NCBI GenBank assembly: GCA_002269645.1
Contig: NIVC01001558.1
Span: 204,374 to 268,373, forward strand
Direction of reading: 5' to 3'
Length of the DNA: 64,000 nucleotides
Source: Macrostomum lignano
Taxonomy: Eukaryota
Position 1 is the stretch's first letter; each line of letters opens with the position of its first letter. Below the pieces are notes generated by a model. It was given only the letters and a program-made list of their open reading frames with translations. It was not told where the DNA came from and did not search any database. Positions 53,101 to 64,000 of the stretch are shown here, piece after piece. Position numbers and translations under genes: made by a program.

Positions 53101-56100
53101 GCCTCAGAGTCACTAGAGCCGCCCCAGAGTCACTAGAGTCGGCCCAGAGTCACTAGAGTCGCCCCAGAGTCACTAGAGTCGCCCCAGAGTCACTAGAGTC
53201 GCCCCAGAGTCACTAGAGTCGCCCCAGAGTCACTAGAGTTGCCCCAGAGTCACTAGAGTCGCCCAGAGTCACTAGAGTCGCCCCAGAGTCACTACAGTTG
53301 CCCCAGAGTCACTAGAGTCGCCCGCCCCAGAGTCACTAGAGTCGCCCCAGAGTCACTAGAGTCGCCCCAGAGTCACTAGAGTCGCCCCAGAGTCACTAGA
53401 GTCGCCCCAGAGTCACTAGAGTCGCCCCAGAGTCACTAGAGTCGCCCCAGAGTCACTAGAGTCGCCCCAGAGTCACTAGAGTCGCCCCAGAGTCACTAGA
53501 GTCGCCCCAGAGTCACTAGAGTCGCCCCAGAGTCACTAGAGTCGCCCCAGAGTCACTAGAGTCGCCCGCCCCAGAGTCACTAGAGTCGCCCCAGAGTCAC
53601 TAGAGTCGCCCCAGAGTCACTAGAGTCGCCCCAGAGTCACTAGAGTCGCCCCAGAGTCACTAGAGTCGCCCCAGAGTCACTAGAGTCGCCCCAGAGTCAC
53701 TAGAGTCGCCCCAGAGTCACTAGAGTCGCCCCAGAGTCACTAGAGTCGCCCCAGAGTCACTAGAGTCGCCCCAGAGTCACTAGAGTCGCCCCAGAGTCAC
53801 TAGAGTCGCCCCAGAGTCACTAGAGTCGCCCCAGAGTCACTAGAGTCGCCCCAGAGTCACTAGAGGCGCCCCAGAGTCACTAGAGTCGCCCCAGAGACAC
53901 TAGAGTCGCCCCAGAGTCACTAGAGTCGCCTCAGAGTCACTAGAGTCGCCCCAGAGACACTAGAGTCGCCCCAGAGTCACTAGAGTCGGCCCAGAGTCAC
54001 TAGAGTCGGCCCAGAGTCACTAGAGTCGCCCCAGAGTCACTAGAGTCGCCCCAGAGTCACTAGAGTCGCCCCAGAGACACTAGAGTCGCCCCAGAGTCAC
54101 TAGAGTCGCCCCAGAGACACTAGAGTCGCCCCAGAGTCACTAGAGTCGCCCCAGAGTCACTAGAGTCGCCCCAGAGTCACTAGAGTCGCCCCAGAGTCAC
54201 TAGAGTCGCCCCAGAGTCACAGTCACAAAGACGCTTAAAAGTGCTTTTTGGGTGATTAACGACTTTTTGGCAATTTTTACCGTGACTTTTCATCGTTTTA
54301 GAGTCGTTTAGAGTCATTTATTTTCTATTTTACTCGTGCCTACCGGTATGTCATCTGCAATGACTCTGAAACGACTGGGACGCTTCTTGCCCTAGGTACC
54401 GTTTTTATCGGTGATAGCCTGATTCCAATGCAGCTGGATTTCCGGATTTGCTAATTTGCCCGCAGGCAGTGGTACCAAATGGACGAGGGCTTCGACGACG
54501 AGAATAATCCATTCCCGGACGTGTCGCAGGAATACGTTGAGAAGCGCGAGCGGGAATTGCGCAAACAGCAGCAACAGCAGCGCAAGTGTCGCTCGGCGGC
54601 GGCGCAGCAGACTCAGAAGGACAACGTGGCCTGGGAGGAGAACCGAATGCTCCGATCGGGCGTGGTGCAAAAGACTCAGCTGGATGAGGATCTTGTAAGT
54701 GATTCATAGTCAAGCGCCAATGACAAGCCAGATTCATAGTTAAGCGCCAATGACAAGCCAGATTTATAGTTAAACACCAATGACAAGCCAGATTCATAAT
54801 TAGGCGCCAATGACAAGCCAGATTCATAGTCAAGCGCCAATGACAAGCCAGATTCATAGTCAAGCGCCAATGACAAGCCAGATTCATAGTCAAGCGCCAA
54901 TGACAAGCCAGATTCATAGTTAAGCGCCAATGACAAGCCAGATTCATAGTCAAGCGCCAATGACAAGCCAGATTCATAGTCAAGCGCCAATGACAAGCCA
55001 GATTCATAGTTAAGCGCCAATGACAAGCCAGATTCATAGTCAAGCGCCAATGACAAGCCAGATTCATAGTCAAGCGCCAATGACAAGCCAGATTCATAGT
55101 CAAGCGCCAATGACAAGCCAGATTCATAGTCAAGCACCAATGACAAGCCAGATTCATAGTCAAGCGCCAATGACAAGCCAGATTCATAGTCAAGCGCCAA
55201 TGACAAGCCAGATTCATAGTTAAGCGCCAATGACAAGCCAGATTTATAGTTAAACACCAATGACAAGCCAGATTCATAGTCAAGCGCCAATGACAAGCCA
55301 GATTCATAGTCAAGCGCCAATGACAAGCCAGATTCATAGTTAGGCGCCAATGACAAGCCAGATTCATAGTTAGGCGCCAATGACAAGCCAGATTCATAAT
55401 TAGGCGCCAATGACAAGCCAGATTCATAGTCAAGCGCCAATGACAAGCCAGATTCATAGTTAAGCGCCAATGACAAGCCAGATTTATAGTTAAACACCAA
55501 TGACAAGCCAGATTCATAATTAGGCGCCAATGACAAGCCAGATTCATAGTCAAGCGCCAATGACAAGCCGGATTCATAGTTAGGCGCCAATGACAAGCCA
55601 GATTCATAGTTAAGCGCCAATGACAAGCCAGATTTATAGTTAAACACCAATGACAAGCCAGATTCATAATTAGGCGCCAATGGCAAGCCAGATTCATAGT
55701 CAAGCGCCAATGACAAGCCGGATTCAGAGTTAGGCGCCAATGACAAGCCAGATTCATAGTTAAGCGCCAATAACCGAACTTCAGGACGATGAAATCGGCG
55801 CCCGCGTGCACCTGTTGGTGCGCAACATTGTGCCGCCCTTCCTGGACGGCCGTATCGTGTTCACCAGGCAGCCGGAGCCGGTCGTCCCCGTGCGCGACCC
55901 CACCAGCGACATGGCCATGGTGTGCAAGAACGGCTCGGCGCTTGTCCGGTCTTGGCGCGAGCAGCGCGAACGACGCCGAGCTCAAAAGAAGGAGTGGCAG
56001 CTGGCCGGCACCAGAATTGGCGACATCATGGGCGTCAAGCGGCCTGAGGAAGCCGAGCGCGAGGAGCACCTTGGCGGTGATGAAGGCGGCGACGGCCGTT

Positions 56101-59100
56101 CCAGTCACACATTCCGCGACAAGATGCTTGCTGATGACAGTTCAGCCTCGAGGACTCCGGAAGCCGCTAAAGCTGCATTCGCTAAACTGCAGCGTCAGCG
56201 CAAATGCTTGCCAGTGTTTGCTGTGCGACACAAGCTGCTCAGAATTATCCGCGACCATCCCATTGTTGTGAGTATGCCAAATGTCTGTCAATATTTTTAA
56301 ATAGTATTATGACCTGCTATTACAAAAATCGCGTAAAATTTATAGAGCTTTATATGCTTATTGGAAACTCTGAAGGCCAGATATTGGCAATTTAACTTAA
56401 ATTGCCCTTGATTTGAACTCTGATGATGATAAACCATTGGTTTGAGCCTGCAGGTGATAGTAGGCGAGACCGGCTGCGGCAAGACCACGCAGCTGACTCA
56501 GTACCTGCACGAAGAGGGCTACACCAAGTTCGGCATGATCGGCTGCACACAGCCTCGCCGAGTGGCCGCAATGAGCGTTGCTAAGCGCGTTGCCGAGGAG
56601 TTCGGCACCGAACTCGGCCAGAAAGTCGGCTACTCGATCCGCTTCGAGGACTGCACGGGACCGGACACGCTCATCAAGTACATGACAGACGGTATCCTGC
56701 TGCGCGAGTCTCTCAGGGAGCCGGACCTGGACCACTACGCCTGCCTCATCCTGGATGAAGCTCACGAGCGCTCGCTCAGCACTGACGTTTTGCTAGGCCT
56801 GCTGCGCGAGATTGTGCGCCGGCGCAACGACCTTCGACTGATTGTTACCAGCGCTACAATGGACGCTGGCAAGTTCTCAGCTTTCTTTGGCGATGTGCCA
56901 GTGTTTGAGATACCCGGCCGCACCTACCCGGTTGATGTGCTGTTCTCAAAGACTCCAGTGGAAGACTATGTTGATGCGGCAGTGAAGCAGGTTGTACAGG
57001 TGAGTGTGGGATCTGGCTGCGTCTGCTTTGCTGTCGCTTGTGCTTCTAAATTGCCTGTGTACCACAAATGAATGAACCTTAAGCAGTATAGAGTTTGGCT
57101 GAGTCCAGTACCCGGTCTAACATTGTTTTCCCCGAGTCTAGTAGCAATTAGACACTGTTTCTGTTTAGGGAGGGCCTTAGCCCAGCGCGGCGCTCTGATG
57201 TGCCAGCGATCCAGTCTCAATTCCAAGTTCAGCCATTAATTTGGCTCTGCTCGTGCAATTAACGGCCTTGAGGGCCAATCCCCAAGGCACAGTGAAGTGT
57301 ACATGCCTAACGATAAATAAAGTTAGGGCCTCTGTACACTCCTGTGTGAGTGTGTGCCTGTGCGTATGACTGCGTACGTATCCGCGCGCTTGTGTGCCTG
57401 TTCAGGGAAGTCGGCGGAATGGGCAGTAATGCCTCTCGCCGGTTGTGTGACAATGTCGCTTAAAGTGCGATTCGCAAATATGAGGGCCAACTTCCAAGAC
57501 TCAGAGTGTACATGATTGACGATGAGAAAGTTCGGGGCTGCTGTACACCCTGGGTGAGCTTGTGCCCGCGTGTATGCGATCATAAGCATAGGTATGATAA
57601 TTGCTACTCAAACTTAGCAATTGTAACCAACCTGCTCAGGTGCACATCGGCTGCGCCCCCGGTGACATCCTGGTGTTCATGCCCGGCCAAGAAGACATTG
57701 AAGTCACCTGCGAGAAGATCAAGGAACGCCTTGACGATCTGGAATCCGCCCCGGAGCTGACGGTGCTGCCAATTTACTCGCAGCTGCCGGCGGACCTGCA
57801 GGCGAAGATCTTTCAGAAGGCGCCAGAAGGTGTGCGCAAATGCGTGGTTGCCACCAACATTGCTGAGACTTCGCTCACTGTTGACGGGATCTGCTACGTT
57901 ATTGACCCCGGTTACTGCAAGTTGAAGGTGTTCAATCCTAAGATTGGCATGGACGCGCTGCAGGTGGGGTTATAGTCTTGTTTTCATCTTTTTTCATTTA
58001 GTTTTGCATCTGGATGTTAATTGTAATGCACAGAAGACATGTTGATCTATCTATAATTGATTCAATAGATGAAATCTAATTGATTTTATTGACCTGTATT
58101 TTAATTCGTACCGGTATATTCTCTTGCATCCTGTCATTCACCCGGATCTCCTCTCTGATCCGGGGTCATTCACCCAGATCTCCTCTCATCCGGGGGGTCA
58201 TTCACCCGGATCCCCTCTCTGATCCGGGGTCATTAACCCGGATCTCCTCTCTGGTTGTGTCATTCACCCAAATCTCCTCTTTGACCCGGGGTCATTCACC
58301 CGGATCCCCTCTCTGATCCAGGGTCATTCACCCGGATCTCCTCTCTGATCTGGTGTCATTCACCCGGATCTCCTCTCTGATCTGGTGTCATTCACCCGGA
58401 TCTCCTCTCTGATCTGGTGTCATTCACCCGGATCCCCTCTCTGATGGGGTCATTCGACATGAGGTCAGGCCAAAATGTGAATAACATTCGCAGAACTCTG
58501 CCATCGCCAGGTGTTCCCAGTCAGCCAGGCCAACGCCAAGCAGCGCAGCGGTCGAGCTGGCCGCACCCAGAGTGGCCAGTGCTACCGGCTTTACACTATG
58601 CGCCAATTCAACGAGGAAATGCTACTAGCCAGCGTGCCGGAGATTCAGCGCACCAACCTGGCCAATGTTGTGCTGCTGCTGAAGTCACTTGGCGTTCAGG
58701 ACCTCATGACGTTCGGCTTCATGGACCCGCCGCCGCAGGACAATATCCTGCAGTCCATGTACCAGTTGTGGCTGCTGGGCGCTTTGGACAACACAGGCGG
58801 TCTCACCCGGCTCGGCAGGCAGATGGTGGAGTTCCCGCTGGACCCGGCTCTGTCCAAGATGCTCATTACAAGCATTGAGATGGGCTGCAGCGAGGAGATT
58901 CTCACAGTTGTGAGCATGCTCAGCGTGCCGTCTGTCTTCTACCGGCCCAAGGGTCGCGAGGAAGACTCTGACGCTCAGCGAGAGAAATTTCAGGTCAGGC
59001 ATGGAATATTTTTTCTGTAAATAACTGTTAAAATAAAATAAAAATTTGTTTGATTTTTTAAAATAACATGCCTTTTCGAGTTTTTGCACCAAAACTGAAA

Positions 59101-60278
59101 TCCTAACACCTAGGCTTTTTGCTAAAGGTCTTCTAATGTACTTTTATTGGCAAGGTGGGTTGGGAAATTAATTTGTCCGTGCGTCGAATCGAGCCCAGGC
59201 TCTTTGGCGCGAAAGACAGGACTTGCTGAGCAGTATTCATACCCGCATAATACTAACGGGGGTTGTAGCCTAGTGGTTAGAGCGTCGGTGTCACGACTGA
59301 AAGGTCGGGGGTTCGATTCTCGAACCACTCGAAACAATTTGTGTCCTTGAGCAAGACACTTAACTCTGCATTGCTTCAGTTCATCCAGCTGTAAAATGGG
59401 TGCCAGCATTAGCTGGGGTAATTGAGGGTGTGTGTGGCGACCCCCAGTCGTGGGACTGAACAGCCGTACGCAGCCTTCAGATGTGCCGCGCAATAGCTGC
59501 GGCTGAGCTGTCGGTTGCACATCTGACCCAATTGGGGCAGGTGTAATCAATTGTCATTTTTTCAAACAGTGTTTATGCATTCCGAGATTCACCTTCACTC
59601 ACGCAGGTGCCCGAATCGGACCACATGACGCTGCTGAATGTGTACAACCTGTGGCGCCGGGCTGGCTACTCCAAGTCCTGGTGCACCGACCATTTTATCC
59701 ACGCCAAGTCGATGCTGAAGGCGCGCGAAGTCCGCCAGCAGCTGAAGGAGATCATGGAGCAGCAGAAGATGCCGCTAAAGTCCTGTCGCGGCGACTGGGA
59801 TCCGGCCAGGAAGTGCGTCTGCTCGGCCTTCTTCCACCAGGCCTGCCGCATCAAGGGCCTCGGCCAATACGTGAACCTGCGCACCGGGATGCCGTGCCAC
59901 CTGCACCCCACCGCCGCGCTCTACTCCATGGGAGTCACGCCGGATTATGTAGTCTACCACGAGCTGATCATGACCAGCAAGGAGTTCATGCAGTGCGTCA
60001 CGGCCGTGGAGGCCGAGTGGCTGGCCGAGATGGGCCCGATGTTCTACTCGCTGAAGGACCAGACAAAGTCTCGGGCGGAGCGGCGCCGCGAGGAGGTGCA
60101 GGAGCTCGGCAAGATGGAGCGGGAGATGCAGGAGGCGGAGACGGCTATGCGGCAGCGCGCCGAGGAGGCCGCCGATGCCGATGCCGCCGTGACCGCCTCC
60201 GCTCGCCAGCGCATCGCCACGCCGGGCCTGTTCGGCCAGCGGTCGGAGCGCAGGCGGCCGCACACTTTCGACTTTTGA
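50126..60278 (+). CDS. DHX38: DEAH-box splicing helicase PRP16
   Basis: Exons 50126-50901, 54466-54694, 55785-56267, 56454-56999, 57640-57963, 58511-58993 and 59607-60278 all splice in frame. Motifs [33 protein letters not shown] and QRSGRAGR. Confidence 0.97.
51110..54220 (+). repeat. 20-bp intronic satellite (~155 units) with higher-order structure, DHX38 intron 1
   Basis: Unit CAGAGTCACTAGAGTCGCCC with recurring blocks of variant monomers. Confidence 0.98.
54702..55772 (+). repeat. 30-bp intronic minisatellite (~35 units), DHX38 intron 2
   Basis: Unit GATTCATAGTCAAGCGCCAATGACAAGCCA. Confidence 0.98.
57178..57590 (+). mobile_element. SINE family B young copy (57178-57470) followed by an old B fragment (57480-57590)
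   Basis: Reverse complement of 2234-2580 with a degenerate head, followed in tandem by the older variant body. Confidence 0.8.
58130..58445 (+). repeat. ~32-bp intronic minisatellite (~10 units), DHX38 intron 5
   Basis: Unit GTCATTCACCCGGATCTCCTCTCTGATC(T/C)GG(T/G). Confidence 0.93.
59258..59552 (+). mobile_element. CORE-type tRNA-SINE family A (DHX38 intron 6)
   Basis: Full head, CORE and tail. Confidence 0.9.
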
Positions 60279-61127
60279 TGATTAGGGCCAGTGCTGGTGC
60301 AGCGATGGCAACCCAAGCCTTTGTTGGCCTCTCTGAGGCTTTGGAAAAATGCGTTTATTAATATAAGTGAAAAACTATTACATGCCATTTGTCTCTAGTG
60401 CTTCATTGAATTGCGTATTGTATATTTTTCATATTTATTCAGTGCTTGGTTTGGTATTTTACATTCATGTATAATAAAATCACACACTGCACTGTCTAGA
60501 TCCTCTAAGTTTGAGTGCTCAATCCAGCTGCTTTGGTTTGAAGATTCTATTATCAATGAGATTTATAGTGCTTTTATTACTCGTAGTTAGTTCTAGAGGA
60601 GCTTTTGAGCCCTACGCCACAAAATAAGACGGAAATATAAAGCGAATGGAACCAGGGGCCGCGGCGCGCGATAGTCAGACGCATTTGCCGCTGAGCTGCT
60701 CTGCCCCCCGGCTAAAAACCAGTTTACATTACTGTTAGTAGCTCTGCGAATGGAAAGGTAATTCCTGTGGGAAAGGCTCCAAAAAATCTTATAAACCATC
60801 CTTACGTAGTTACCCCTCTGAATCGTTATTAATATCTTAACATTAGTGACTTAGTCAGACAACTTTCAGCTGTATCGGGATATATCGACTCAGAAAATCC
60901 TAATAAACTGCAACCCCATTATTCCATAGATCGAACCTAAAGTTCGCCCTGACAACACACGGGTCATTCTTAATTGAACACTAGCATCTTAAGGCCTATC
61001 TTTGGCAAGTTAGCATTACAGTGATCATGGCCATCAAATATAGCGAACTGTTAGTATAACATCTCCGTGATGGCATCATCAGGAAAAGTTATTGGCTCTC
61101 ATACGTGTATCTTTTTTATCAGAGGCA

Positions 61128-61389
61128 GGGAGCTGTGTGCACCCTGGCGCACTTTAGCCGACATTGTCACACAACCGGCGAGAGGCATTACTGCCCATTC
61201 CGCCGACTCCCCTGAGCAGGCACACAAGCGCGCGGATACGTACGCAGTCATTCGCACAGGCACACACTCACACAGGAGTGTACAGCGGCCCTAACTTTAT
61301 TTATCGTTAGGCATGTACATTTCACTGCGCCTTGGGGGGAGGGGGGGTTGGCCCTGAAGGCCGTTAATTGCAGGAGCAGAGCCAAGCCA
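61128..61389 (-). mobile_element. SINE family B, lacking the tRNA head
   Basis: Near-identical to 2234-2480. Confidence 0.85.
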
Positions 61390-62230
61390 TCCCAGACATC
61401 TCAAATAGTCACTCCCAGCTGCAAAAACAGCCTGACAACGACTTACAAGCCAGATTTGTAAAAATTGGTCATCCCAAAAAGTTGGTGAGGGATAAAAGTC
61501 AAAAAGAACCGCAAGCACGCATTTTTGTTAGTTCATTTTCACAGCTGATATATATAGATTCAAAATACTAATACTCGTATTTTAAACTTGCAATGCAACT
61601 CATTCAAAGGGCCGCGAATTTCTCTTTTCTAGATTCTGAACTTTCTTGCAAGATGCGACTGTATTCGCACCTGTCTTTGTACTTCAGCTACGAAATTGTC
61701 TGCATCAGAAAGATTCGGGTCACCCAAAAAGCTTTGCTTGTCAGAATCTGGGCTCTACTGAGAGTCTGCGCTCAGAATTGTATTGTAGGCTAAGCTGTTA
61801 ACAAGCCCAGGGGGTAGACAGGCAGTTCAGCTGTCAAACTGCTCAAGCAGCAAAGCACAACTTAGCAACAAAAAAAGTTGAATTGCTTGCACGCGTGCAT
61901 TGTGAGTGGCTGCGGGGTAGAGAGAGGGTAGGTCACATGCTGTACGCAATTCTCTTCGCTGATGCCTGAGCACAGGTATTGTTCTCTGACAGCGACCCCT
62001 CCCCCTGTTTGATGCATTCTGCAAGCTGTGCACAGTGCCGCATGCGCAGCACACTATTGTCGGCTTGAACAAGTTGCAGTCTTCTCTCTCACTGAGAGAC
62101 TGCTCAATTTAGAGGCTGCAGGGGCTGAGGACCAAGCAAGAGCACTGGAGAAATAGAAAAGCTGCGGCAAAGCAGGTTTGTCTAATTTTCCGTTCACCCT
62201 GATCTGACAGCCCCGCATTTTACTAATCCA

Positions 62231-63629
62231 ATGTTCGCACGGCCGCTTCTGCTGCTGCTGCTGCTTGGCACCGGCCTGACCGCCGCCTCGGGGCCCAAGA
62301 AGACCATCTACGACGGCCTGCTGCGACACCTGTTCGAGAATGACACCCTGCCATATAGGCCTGGCGCCATGCCAATCTGTGAGCCTGGAGGCAAGCTGCA
62401 CGTCAATCAGGACATGCTGCTGCTCCAACTGTTCGACCTTGACGAGCCCACGCAGATGCTCACCGTAGATGTGTGGGTTGAGTCCATCTGGAAGGACTGC
62501 CGTCTCAACTGGGACCCGGCCAAGTTTGGCGGCATCGACAACTTCGCTATCAAAGCCTCGGAGATCTGGTTCCCGGATCTGCTGTTCTTCGAGTCGCTGC
62601 ACGGCAACTTCGAAGAGGGCATGTTCATCTACGGCGAAGCCACCGCCAGGATCTTCAGCGATGGGTCTGTGCAGCTCGCACGCAGGCCGTGTTTAAGGTA
62701 GGTTTAACCTGATTAATCATTAAGAATTGAATTGAATTTCAAATCATTTTACCACTCGGTGAACCCACTGCAGATCTTCTGCCGAGTGGACATTTCCAGC
62801 TTCCCGTACGACAGCCAGCAGTGCAACATCACGTTCAGCTCGTGGACCAAGGACGCGTCCACCTTCGTGCTGACTAAGAAGCCATCCGACGAGTCCTCAT
62901 CCGATGACCACGCCTTTCAGAGCGCCAGCAACGGCGAATGGCAGGTGGAGGGCTTCCCTCATTCAACACGATCTCCAGCCGCCAAGTTGGCGTGGATGAG
63001 TCGGGCGGCCGGTCCCGGGACTACACGGAGGTCGTGTTCCAGTTGCGTCTGAAGCGGAAGTACCTGTTCTACCAGGCCTACATGCTGTTCCCCTGCATCC
63101 TGCTCACCTGGCTCACGCTGTTCGTGTTCCTCCTGCCGGCTGAGAGCGGCGAGAAGATGGGTTACGTAACTACAATCCTGCTTTCCTTGTTCGTGTTCCT
63201 GCTTTTAGTAGCAGACAACATTCCTCGGTCCGGGGACTCCATACCAACTGTTGGTGTGTACTTTTGTCTTGCCATCGCTTTGGTGAGCCTGGCCAACGTG
63301 AAGGCTGTGATCAGCTACAACATCTCGCTGAAGGGCCGCGATTTCTGCATGCCGAGGAACCTGAAGTGGCTTCTGTCGCGCAGCCGCTTCGTGGGTCTCC
63401 GGCTGGGCCGCGGCGCCTGCCAACCGAAGAGTCGCCAGCACCGGACGAAGGCGGCGGAGCAGCTTCATCGGAGGCCAAGGAGAAGCTGAATGGGACTTCA
63501 GATGGTCACAGTAAGCAGGACGAGAACCAGTGGCGCTACCTTGGTATCATGCTGGATCGCATCTTCTTCATTGTGTACTTCTTTGTCAACCTGGCGGTCA
63601 CCATCTGGATCCTGAGCTGTGGCGAATGA
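62231..63629 (+). CDS. Cys-loop ligand-gated ion channel subunit (nAChR non-alpha/5-HT3-like, cation-type); three -1 frameshifts as assembled
   Basis: Signal peptide, WxD, WFPD, Cys-loop CRVDISSFPYDSQQC (C-x13-C), M1-M2 PAESGEK and M4 DRIFFIVY. Intron 62698-62773. Frame breaks at ~62683, ~62957 and ~63410. Confidence 0.85.
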
Positions 63630-64000
63630 GCCGACTGAGAATGCTTTCAGTAAACTGGCTCAGCACCGATGATCCATCTTGATTACTAATTATTCTCGCT
63701 CTCGGTCTACTTGATTGGGGCGCCGTAGATTCCTTCAATAAGCTACTCGTGTTAAACGTCACTGCCTAAGCCTAGGCCTGCCAAGGCACTCTTAACATCT
63801 CCCAGTCTCAATTGTCTCACAATCTCCATTAAAGCCCATATTTTGTCAACCTCACGGTCATAGATTGTATTGACAATCTTTATAGTTGAATGTTGCAGAT
63901 TAAGCTGTATTAAAATCAGATTTAGACCTAAAATATATCAGCACTCTGAAAGCAAGAAGTCCCAAGTTTTTTGCCAACGTCGACAGTGCAGCTTTTGTCA

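Noticed and set aside
54396-54465. Alternative DHX38 acceptor CCCTAG|GTACC
   Set aside because: The acceptor at 54465 restores the conserved [10 protein letters not shown] frame. The upstream site would read into an in-frame TAG (54416-54418).
54405-56108. 567-aa and 364-aa minus-strand ORFs
   Set aside because: They are antisense readings of DHX38 exons plus the 30-bp intronic array.

Overview
Eukaryotic (metazoan) genomic DNA with spliceosomal introns. The gene set, the minisatellite-filled introns and the SINE content suggest a flatworm such as Macrostomum lignano; this is an inference, not confirmed. Minus strand: an NDR/STK38 kinase that runs off the left edge. Plus strand, in series: BTBD1/2, MAP2K5 (MEK5), ANKS3, IQCC, EXOSC6, DHX38/PRP16 and a frameshifted Cys-loop receptor subunit. 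Mobile DNA includes a full-length young LOA/R1-group LINE (14-bp TSD, TAATG stop-start junction), a CORE-type tRNA-SINE family (7 copies), a second tRNA-SINE family (young and old copies), and hAT- and Merlin-like MITEs. An AT-rich island (~21.9-29.5 kb) holds a fossil THAP/P-element transposase interrupted by a mariner. Top leads: (1) an IQCC ORF with no methionine that could take its start codon from the AUG-ending flatworm spliced leader; (2) transposon-restricted CpG/CpA transition decay; (3) introns made almost entirely of private minisatellites, one with higher-order structure; (4) an RFX X-box in front of ANKS3. All family assignments come from motif recognition by eye; no database searches were run.
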